In this document: piece after piece, positions 54,901-64,000 of the stretch | Layout: each line of letters begins with the position of its first letter | How positions within the stretch are numbered: position 1 is the first letter of the stretch | NCBI GenBank assembly: GCA_964247055.1 | Contig: OZ176052.1 | Span: 6,758,001-6,822,000, forward strand | DNA from: Paragordius varius | Lineage: Eukaryota; Animalia; Nematomorpha | Direction: 5' to 3' | Length of the DNA: 64,000 nucleotides | Notes under the pieces: model-generated | Seen by the model: the letters and a program-made list of their open reading frames with translations, nothing else | The model's database searches: none | What the model was told of the DNA's origin: nothing | Position numbers and translations under genes: made by a program

Positions 54901-57369
54901 GGAAATATTTGAACATTTTGAATACATACAAAAATAGTTTAAAAATTTGTCACTATCTTTACCTGGAACAAACGCTGCTACTGAGCGCGTTTTTTCCACA
55001 GTAAATCAGGTGTGGACATCGGAAACATCAAATTTAAATGTTGAAACTTTAAAGGCCGTTTTATCTGTCAAATATAATTTGACAAATTCTTGTGAAAACT
55101 TCTACAATATTTTAAAAAATGATGACAAACTGCTAAAACGCATTCACTCAAACTATACCAAAGAATAAAATATTTTCTTATATTTATAAAGTTTTTATGT
55201 TAAAAAATAAACAAAATTACTTAAAATATTGTATAAGTCTTCATAATTTGTCAAATTATATTTGAACACATAAAATAGCTTTTATCTAACATTTAAATTT
55301 GATTCCGTGTCCTTACTTAATTTACTGTGGAAAAACGCGTTCAATAGTAGTGGTTAAAGATAATGCAAATTCTACTATAAAAATATTATTGTATGGAACA
55401 TTATTTGTTTAAAAAGGATTATTTTAACCATTTCTATCCTACGTATTTTTTTCTGTTGTTCATAATGTAAGTTTTCATTCAATATATTTATTTTGTAATG
55501 AGACTTCATAAAAAAGTATCATTGTGCACCGTCTTGTCTTCCAAATAATCGTTTCTGTTTGTATAAAACATTCTTATATTCTGGCTATTCATTGAGCCTT
55601 GTTTTTCTGGATGCTTTATAACGATTAGGTAATGGTATAAAATTATTTTCTAACCTTTTTTGACTTGGAATTTTGACCTTTGTCCTGTGATAAAAAATAG
55701 GATTCTAGGAGATCACATTTTTATAAATATTTCAATCGCTGGCAAAAGAGCTAACCAACAGTTCTACAATATCCAAGCATTTTAACATCTATATTTTCCC
55801 TATCCAGGGGTAACAAATCAGTAGCTGTTAGAATAGCGTTGTGTATCTACCAATGATGTTTTAATTAAGATTATTCGCTAAATTGTTAAAAATATTTTTT
55901 GTGCCGCTTTTTGCATCACCCAGCGCACTTTGTGATGATTTCGTCTTTATTATTTTTTTCTAGAATATTACTATCACTTCACCCTTTGTTCGTGCACATG
56001 TAAATTTATTGAATAAGGTACAAACAACCTGTAAGGTACAAATTTTTTTATATTTATAATGTATTTGTATTATAAATAAATATTACAATAAATTTTTTGT
56101 ATAAAAATTTTTGGTTGTACCCCCCAATGACCCCCCCCCCTTTTCTCAGATTTGTCCCGCTTTTTCCTTCAAAAAATCTGGTCACCTTAGTAATATCACA
56201 TATTATTTTGTAAGATTTTCAAATTAAACCTTTAGTTTGTGTCCTTAAAAGAATGAAAAAAAGCCGCGTTAACATGTTTCCGCTATAATAAAATAGTATT
56301 CAAAAAGAAATATGTACAAGTTTAGTCAAAATACAATGTTCTGCAAAGCGTATAAATTATAATATGCTGCATAATACAAAGTTGTATGAATGATGTCTTA
56401 ATATATATAATAAAATAAAAAACACCATTTTTACGCAAAAAAAATTTTAAATGTCAAATATTAAATTGCTTGTCTGTGTTTTATTTAATACAGATATTTT
56501 TTGGAGAAATTGCGAGAACAAGGCTTTACAATCACATTTGAATCAGTGCGTTTTTACGAACCTACCAAAGGAATTTTAAATTACACCACTTCACAATGCT
56601 GTTTTTATGTCACATTAAATGGGGTTGTTTTAGATACGTGGGAAACTTATCACGTTTTAACCAATTTGAGTATTTGGAGCTATTTCAACCACAATGGTGC
56701 CATTGGAATAGAAGTACTGCAACTTTTCTGTTTTAATATTATTTATTTATTTAATACTCTAACAGTTTCTAAGTGTTATTTTATGTCGATACCATTTACA
56801 ATTCAAATTCACTCTTAAACGATTCAAATGCACCCTTGAACATTTCATATTCACCCTCGAACAATTCAAATTCCCCCTCATATTATATGTTTTTTAAAAT
56901 TAAAAATACCTATATTTTTATATGATTCAAAAATAAACTTTTGTTTTAAATAAAAATAATACTAAAAAAATAATAATGAGTTATATTAGTTCAAAAATAC
57001 ATGATTTATTTTTACGGTGAATTTAAATGAAGAGTGAATTTGAATTGTTCGAGGGTGAATTTGAATTGTTAAAGGGGAAATTCGATATGTAAATGGTATA
57101 TAATAAAATTATTTATACTACACCTTGTATTTTTTAAAAGATGTGTATTAGTATTACTTTATCGTTTAAAGGTTATCAATTTCGTATTTGTTAATTTATT
57201 AAAATTGTAGAAATGCCATAATATTGAATCTACTCAAATGGAAAAAAACAATTGGTTGGTTTCCTTTATGGTGGGAACAATAGTTTTAGCATTTTGTGTT
57301 GCTGCAATCCTGATTGGAGTTATTGTTTCGTTCAAAACCAAGTCTAGTATTATTAGCGCAAATAGTTGA
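44068..57369 (+). CDS. Non-classical single-pass cadherin, ~1193 aa; exons 44068-44287, 44623-44795, 45143-45263, 45435-45743, 46116-46291, 46668-46882, 46977-47100, 48159-48342, 48771-49051, 49475-49771, 49965-50066, 50268-50391, 51076-51381, 51622-51962, 52258-52297, 52384-52484, 52589-52677, 56494-56713, 57211-57369
   Basis: N-terminal hydrophobic signal; DINDNPP, LDRE, DVNDNPP, AYDYDD, DINDNIPIF, ATDSD and F.I...TG motifs; TM segment WLVSFMVGTIVLAFCVAAILIGVIVSF. All 18 GT-AG junctions are phase-consistent. The 3' end and a few small exons are less certain. Confidence 0.85.
53330..55168 (+). pseudogene. Frameshifted hAT transposase (BED finger, catalytic core, hATC dimerisation region)
   Basis: CLICEGEFTLAHGGKHDITKH, FTCARTKAEAIVCNVL, CADNT, CAAHIIHN, KTRWLAFIPAIERIL and SLPGTNAATERVFS, split across frames by stops and frameshifts. 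Confidence 0.9.
55540..56040 (-). pseudogene. Inverted, internally deleted second copy of the same transposase inside the hAT element
   Basis: Reverse complement gives AAATTTACATGTGCACGAACAAAGGGTGAAG (cf. ~53690) and ATACACAACGCTATTCTAACAGCTACTGATTTGTTACCCCT (cf. 54111). Confidence 0.85.
56789..57099. mobile_element. Small MITE with subrepeated inverted ends; related end at ~42410-42465
   Basis: TACCATTTACAATTC..TTCACCCTCGAACAATTCAAATT vs AATTTGAATTGTTCGAGGGTGAA..GTAAATGGTA. Confidence 0.6.
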
Positions 57370-58239
57370 TGTAGAGATGAATAAAATTAATTAGATATAA
57401 ATTATTTAAAAAAGTTTAAAAGATATTATTTTGGTTAATTTCATAATATGTGTACCATTTGTAATTGGATTAAAACATCTTCAAAAATTAGCAAAAAATA
57501 TTTTTGGAACCCATAACCGTTTTTTATATTAAAATTTTGTCGAAAGCCAAACCATATGTAATAAATGTGAATTGGAATCGGTACCAAAAACATTTCCGGT
57601 TTCAACCCATGGGCACAATAAGTAATATAAAAAGTGCGCTGTTATCGTATACTAAATAATTTTATTATCCTTTTATAAAAATAACGGTAGCCTGTTAGTC
57701 ACCGCATTGGAAAAAAGGATTATCCATTAATTAATAAAATATTTGCAATAGTAAAAAAATGACGCTACAAAATACTATAAACAGTTTTCTTAAATAATAT
57801 TTCGAGAGGAATGATGATTGTTTTAGTCTTTTTAAGATTTAGTCTTGTATAACTTAAACTATTATAACGCGAATTTTCGGTGGCTTTGAGGCTGCATCCA
57901 GGGTAATTTAAAAGACCTCGTTACGCTATGCACATTGGTAATCTCTGCATAAATGTTCCTGTAATTAAAATAAGCATACACATTTACCATATTTGCTTGG
58001 TATAATCCTTAATTTTACATAAGATGTGGCTTTTGGGACTTAATCGAAAATAGACTCTTATTTATCTATAAAATACTTGGTTTTTAAATCTTTAAATATT
58101 AGTTAATAATTAATTGTAAAATATCTGGTTTATGAAAAAAACTTTTTAATTTTTAATGTTTTATTTTTAAATAATATTTTCCTTAACTTTTTAAATAAAA
58201 AATATCTGGTAACAAAAAAGATGTCGATTAGATTTAGAC

Positions 58240-60125
58240 CAAGGGTGTCAAAAATAAATGACTTGGCGGGCCGCATGTGGAAAATACATGGGCATTAACC
58301 AATACTTTATTAGATTTTATACCTAAGACTGTCTATTTATCAAGGGAAAAGGGTGTAACAGACCCACATCGCCACTGCCTACTATACCCAAATAGTGGTT
58401 CAGTGAAAGCTCCTAGTTGCGTTGAGTATGGGGATAAGTCTAAGGATATAATGATTTATAGATATAGACATATAATTAATGATGTTTGCATTTATGGTAA
58501 AGAGAGTAAGTTTATATATGTGGTAAAAAGTGATGTTTAGGTTTCAAGTGGTAAATAATGTCATTAGTGTGTTGGTCAACTTAGATATTTCTTCATATTT
58601 GGGTGTAAATGTGTCACTGGTTTAGGCCTAGTAGGGTCAGTATCTGGGCCTATGGATAATTGTCGGGGTTCTCTGTTGGTTGCCTTTCTTCTGGCCTCAC
58701 GCCTTCGCGCTCTAGCTCTCTCAAAGCGACGTAAACGCTTTCGTTCTCTTTTGCCTTTATATAACCGATTTCTTTTTTCGATGAGTTCATTCTTTATTTC
58801 ACCGCTCAGAGGTTTCCAGGTCCTACTCAACACTGTATTAATGAATCTGTCATCGGATAATCCCACGCGACTCATGAATAGTGCAATTCTTCCATAACAT
58901 GATCGTCTGTAATTCCAGTCGTTATCCAAGTTCCATTTCAATGCCAAGAGGGCTCTTAGAGTTATGCCGGATTTGGTAGGCCTATTATGTTCAGACCGGC
59001 TAGGATGGCCAGTTTTATAGGAAGCATCATTGTTTACTGTGGAGGTATCAGGTGGGCAATTGAAAATATTTGACAGCGTGTATGTATCGCCAGTGATGCG
59101 TCGAAGGCATTTATTTATGAAAACCTGTATTTTTCGGGTGTATATGCGTTAAACGCCATATTGAAAAACCATATGTTATGCAGGGGATAACCAGGCATTT
59201 GAAGATTTTTAGTTTAAATTTTTTCCTATTTTTTTGGATTGCCACAGGCCTCCAAGTCCCTTAGAGATTAGGTTCGCCATGCCTAATCTATTAGGACAAC
59301 ATTCCACGAACCAACCCTGATTATATATCTCGATGCCCAGGTAGCGAAAGCTACTAACAACATCGATTTTGCCATAATCTAGGGTAGTGAGAGTCTGTCG
59401 TATTCTCCCGTCTCCATTGCTTTGGTTTTGGAGAAGCTTGTTGATTGATTCATTTTGAGTGGTTCATTTTTTATTAAGTGCTGATTGTAGCAAATATTCT
59501 GAGTCCATGAGTTACAGAGATCATCCGCATAAAGGATGAACAATTTTTTGTTGATTAGTATGTATAACTTATGGATAATTTCATTAATTGCTAAGTTGAA
59601 CAATTTAGGGGACAGCGAACATTCCTGTTTAAGCCTCTCACAGGGTGAATGTAGTCCGACTAAGTGTTCTCGAGGCTGACCCGACACCTTGTGTGAGTAA
59701 TTAAGTGTACCATAAAGTTTTTTATTTCATCCGTAATTAAGGTTTCTACAAGCTGACAATATGATCCCCGTCTATCAGGTCAAATGCCTTCTTGATGTCG
59801 ACAAAGCTGATGCAGATGGGGTGGTATAGGCTTCTACTTTTTTCTATGTATATATTGAGTGCACTGAAAAGGTCAGTGGTTCCGCGGCCCTTTCGAAAAC
59901 CACATATAGCGTAGTGTAGCGTGTCAACTATTTCTTTTAGTGAATAGAGCGCAATATTAGCAAGCACTTTTTAGACAACTATTTACTTTAACATTTTTGG
60001 TAGTTCATTGCCGAAATTCGTAAATATATATCAAAAAATTAGTTTAAGAAAATATTTTTTCTAAAATTTCGTTTTTGTATTATTCTCGTGGGCCGCAGAA
60101 AAATTTTGGAGGGCCGCCAACCCTG
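58240..60125. mobile_element. hAT (Charlie/Buster-type) element shell enclosing a LINE relic
   Basis: Left end CAAGGGTGTCAAAA..GGCGGGCCGC, degenerate right end GGGCCGCCAACCCTG, and exact 8-bp TSD ATTTAGAC (58232-58239 and 60126-60133). Confidence 0.75.
58280..59970 (-). mobile_element. 5'-truncated degenerate non-LTR retrotransposon (RTE-like RT and C-terminus)
   Basis: CGFRKGRGTTD, ISFVDIKKAFD, LKQECSLSPKLFN, LYADDL, YLGIEI and QVFINKCLRRI, followed by the C-terminal ORF 58576-58947. Confidence 0.85.
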
Positions 60126-60924
60126 ATTTAGACTCAAAATGCATAAAAAATGAATCTGAAATCAATTTTTGGTTTTGAAATCGCTTTGAGGTGGAATAGA
60201 CATTAAAATAATGGAGTCATATACTACCTGCATACCGCAAAGCTCATATTGGATTTTGTTTTTATAAATTTTAGAATCATTTATTATGTTGAAGAAAATT
60301 TGGATAAACAAGTTAAGAAGATAAGAGCAAAGGATATTAATAAACATTACACGCAAGTTTTCAACGATTTTGATCTTCAACAGCGCAAAAAAGAGGCATA
60401 TGAATGGCAGGTTTTTATAACTTATTAATCTAATATTTTTACATAAATATGCCAATGGGTCAAAAATGTAATTTTTGAATTTTTAGTGCAAATCCTTAGT
60501 TTTAGCCAAAAAATTTGGTAAATCACTCATTAAAAGTGATTATAAATAATGGTAATAAGAATTGAAATTTGCAAATTAATATATTATTATACCAAAACCC
60601 ATGTTTTGTTTGACTATGTATCTATATTATAAATTTATTATTACAATTCTATTATATTTTAGAAGCTTTATTTATTGGTAAAAACATCAAACATAAGATT
60701 ATTTTTAATTTATAACATTGCTGGAAGCTAATTTTTTTTCAAAAAATTTTATAACTACATTTTTTACCAAAAATTTGACGCAATATGTTATATAATTTTG
60801 GGTCAGCGCATAAACCTCTAAAGAATCAAATTTAAATAAAATGTCCTGCATCCGAAAGAGTGTAGTTTGACGGCCTATTATTATAGAAACAAATGCAAAA
60901 ACTAAAATGCGTCACAGCTGATTT

Positions 60925-61110
60925 TTCGTACAACATTTTTTTCATCCAAACGCAACATTTTTTTCCATCAAATGCCACATTTTTTCATCCAAACGCAATT
61001 TTTTTCAGTTGTCTATACTTGAAAAATGTTGCATTTGCTTGAAAAAATGTAGTATTTGGTTGAAATAATGTTGGCTTTTTGGTAAAAATGTTGCGTTTGA
61101 TTGAAAAATT
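60925..61110. repeat. Short ~21-bp unit array followed by its inverted copies
   Basis: CAAACGCAACATTTTT / CAAATGCCACATTTTT units, then AAAAATGTTGCATTTG / AAAAATGTTGCGTTTG units. Confidence 0.6.
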
Positions 61111-62849
61111 TACGTTGTAAAGATATTGCTTTTGACTGAAAATTGGTATAATAGTCATACTTTTACATGTCAAAAACACCATAATTATAAATAACATGTA
61201 CCCAATGTCTCCAATTTTATTACAAAAAATATTTTTGGCGTCATTTTGGCTGTTGAAAGTATCGCAAAAGCTTTAACTAAAAACTTTTTAAAAATATATG
61301 GTATGTATATAATCTTTTGTAATTAAATGTCTTATTTTATGACTTTTCAAAGTTACGGTAATTTCTAGTAAGCAAGGTTAAGTTTGGAAGTTTCATTTTT
61401 TTAATTTTGAAACTAGTCAATTTAAGGGTAAGTTATAATTATTTTGTTTATTTTCTTGAGTGTTTTTATAATGATGCTAATCCCATATTTTAATTTTTCT
61501 GTTTTATGTGCATAAATATAATATTTCGCTCAATTGTGTTAGAGATGAAAATTTATGAACACTAAACCAAAGCTTTCACATTTTGATATAATTAGCAGAA
61601 TCTCTTGATATTCTTCAAAATAATTTCTGAAGCTGCATTATTCTTTTACCTATTAAAGTGACCCAAAAAGTAATGACAGACCCAAACCTGACATCATAAT
61701 TTTAATATGTATATATATTTTTAGGAAGACATTGTTGAATTTGATGATAAGAAACTTAATCTACAACAATCTGATATACAGCCAAGTTATTACGAAATAT
61801 GCAGAAATTAATTTTTAAATATAAATAAATTATTTTCCTTTTTACTGATAATATATATTGTTATATTGTCAATTTTTTGAACAGCTGATCATGAAATAAT
61901 TTTTTGTGCAAACGTTCTGTTGCTTCGGATTATATCCTAAATATATTTGTTAACAAAGCTATTATTATATCGATACCAAAAATACTTATAACTTGCAGAG
62001 GCATTTCTTATCTCCTTCATTAATTATTACGTCCCGTCTAATCTTAGATAATTTGGATCCATTTTTATAGAAAAATATATTTTTTTCATTGGTAAAATTT
62101 GTCGATATTAATATGCCAGGAGTTTCAATGCAATAAGACATGCCATTTATTGAATAAATTTTCATTATAAATACAAAAATGTAAAATTCAGCGATGATTC
62201 GTTTAATTGTTTTGAATTTCCTAGAAAAATTATTCATCAATTACGATAATACCTATTATTGTTATTTTTTAACAATTGGATATGTAAGTATAAGCGCGAT
62301 TGGTAACATATATTATACAAAGTAAACAAATAAATTTTTGATTGCTGAGGCACCCATTTTATCTATATAGTAGTTTATTGCGATATTTTATAAATGGTGC
62401 TAGTATTTATCCATCTAATTCTTTTTATCTCTAAATGGGCAGGTATTCATTATGTCTTATATACAATTTATAATAATATTGTTTATTAAAAAAATATGTT
62501 AACCCAATTAGTGGCATAGGTGTCATAATTTTAAAGATTTATTTATTAAAAATTTTTGCCTGAGTAAATTATTGGAATCAATAAAAAAGAGGTGTGATTT
62601 TTTTGAATTTTTATATTACATTGGAACTGAACTTAATTGATATCCCTTGTGAAATGTTTTAATGCTGTGATCAATTCAGTTTATTTTATTTAGAGATATC
62701 TTTATAAAATTTAATTCATTTCTGATAAAAAATCATAAACATTACGCAATTGTAGTAATTATCAAATGCTATTACGACCCTTTTTATAACTTAATATGTT
62801 AATAACAGTGATTGATTGGAGCTAAAACTATTTTTATATATTAAATAAG

Positions 62850-63529
62850 TTATACTCATTACAAAAGGTAAAATAATTTTAAAACGGTTCCTAAACATAG
62901 GGTGTTGCCTTCAATCCGTGATTTTTTGCTTTAATTTTTAAAACATTTAGGCATTTAAATAAAGCAATAGTGACTAATGCACCCAACTCGGGCACAATAC
63001 GTACATATGCATTGGGTCAAACCCCAAAACTGCCATTTTACTATCATCAAGATAAAAATTATAATATTATGTACTGATTGGATATTTAAGGGCAATGTTT
63101 GAAGTGAATAAGCATCACTCAGTAAGCGTAATATATAAAATTTATAGCAGGTCGCCAAACGTAAACTAGTTTATATGGAAATATACCATGTAAATGAAAA
63201 GGTAAAACTTAAATACCATTTAATAATATATTTATCTTTTGATTTAGAATCATCCATATTTAATTCGGATTTTTTGTGTGCCCTATCACCCAAAACTACG
63301 CTCACCCATCAAACGACTGATTTTATTACAAAAAAAGATATCCCTAAAGTTATTTCCGTTCAAAATAATAATGTAGATAAACATTTCATTTATTGTTGAC
63401 GTAAGCAAGCAAACACTCGCTACTAGAAATATAAACATTAGGATACCATTAAATGTAAGTGAATGTAAAAGGCTTGATCCCTTGTTAAAATGGTTACAGA
63501 CGCAACATATTAGTTTCAACGCCACACCC
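62850..63529 (+). CDS. Unidentified multi-exon gene fragment with micro-exons and 20-33-nt introns; exons 62850-62867, 62901-62917, 62951-63070, 63091-63121, 63148-63160, 63248-63348, 63377-(63400 or 63529)
   Basis: Six consecutive GT-AG junctions (33, 33, 20, 26, 87 and 28 nt) give one open frame: LYSLQKGVAFNPHLNKAIVTNAPNSGTIRTYALGQTPKLPFYYHQDKNYNIMAMFEVNKHHSQVAKQSSIFNSDFLCALSPK..DIPKINISFIVD. No homolog recognised. Confidence 0.5.
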
Positions 63530-64000
63530 GTAAGTGTTTTATTTGAATATGCCAATTATGCTTTTTAGTTATAAATTCAGGCGACTAAAATATATTGATT
63601 ACCAGAACATTAGTATTTTATGGCCTAAAATGCCACCTTTATAGAATTAAGAAACCGGTTAGACATTGTTTCTACCAATCTCAAATTAGATTTTATTACT
63701 ATTTAAAAAGCATTCATAAACTCGATTTTGGGCATCCTTTTTATTCGCAATTATTGAAACTGCCGTGGTAAACACTTTCCTTAAAATTACACATATTCAT
63801 TAATAAGCCTATTCAATATTACTATTAATTATATCAGATTTCGCCCGTAAAATTTTACACAAATATTACGAAAAATATTTTCCTATGATGATTATTTTTA
63901 TATATAAGCGCCCTACATTTGACTAAAAAAGTTTATGATTTTCTTCTAATTTTGTAAATATATTGACAAAGTTTATATTATGCAACTAATCAAATGTCAA

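Larger units (their letters stand above)
52810..56189 (+). mobile_element. hAT (Blackjack-like) DNA transposon, 3380 bp, in cadherin intron 17
   Basis: 13-bp TIR TAAGGTGACCAGA / TCTGGTCACCTTA, perfect 8-bp TSD GTAATATC (52802-52809 and 56190-56197), and subterminal GTCCCGC repeats. Confidence 0.95.

Noticed and set aside
57342-57365. Possible 24-nt intron after the cadherin TM
   Set aside because: Splicing it does not avoid the following TGA, so nothing in the sequence requires it.
61725-61811. Terminal-exon-like frame EDIVEFDDKK..SYYEICRN*
   Set aside because: Could be a cadherin tail exon, but no convincing upstream connection was found.
63286-63555. 89-aa hydrophobic minus-strand ORF
   Set aside because: Overlaps the better-supported plus-strand exon chain; treated as antisense shadow.
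1-64000. Species assignment
   Set aside because: Gene content shows only that this is an animal; naming a taxon requires a BLAST of SAS-6 or SSUH2, which also decides how novel the short introns are.

Overview
Very AT-rich animal (metazoan) genomic DNA with spliceosomal introns; there is no sign of prokaryotic or CRISPR content. By walking GT/GC-AG boundaries and reading phase I assembled four intron-containing genes. These are a divergent class C GPCR (minus, 15125..8790, 4 exons, ~1004 aa), the centriole cartwheel gene SAS-6 (plus, 18231..~22825), an SSUH2/ssu-2 homolog (minus, 34587..26108, possibly extended upstream) and a 19-exon single-pass cadherin (plus, 44068..57369). A further unidentified micro-exon gene lies near 62.8-63.6 kb. 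The most striking signal is that SAS-6 is only translatable if GT-AG introns of 21, 22, 21, 22 and 27 nt are removed (a 24-nt in-frame one is also likely), while the same gene and its neighbours carry ordinary 56-nt to multi-kb introns. The 63-kb gene appears to have 20-33-nt introns too. Two neighbouring genes use the same non-canonical AG|GCTAG donor. The rest is dense in transposon debris: a 3.4-kb hAT with an internal inverted transposase copy, Helitrons, Chapaev3-like and other MITEs, RTE LINE relics and foldback repeats. All homology calls are from recalled motifs, not database searches, and the species cannot be determined from the window.
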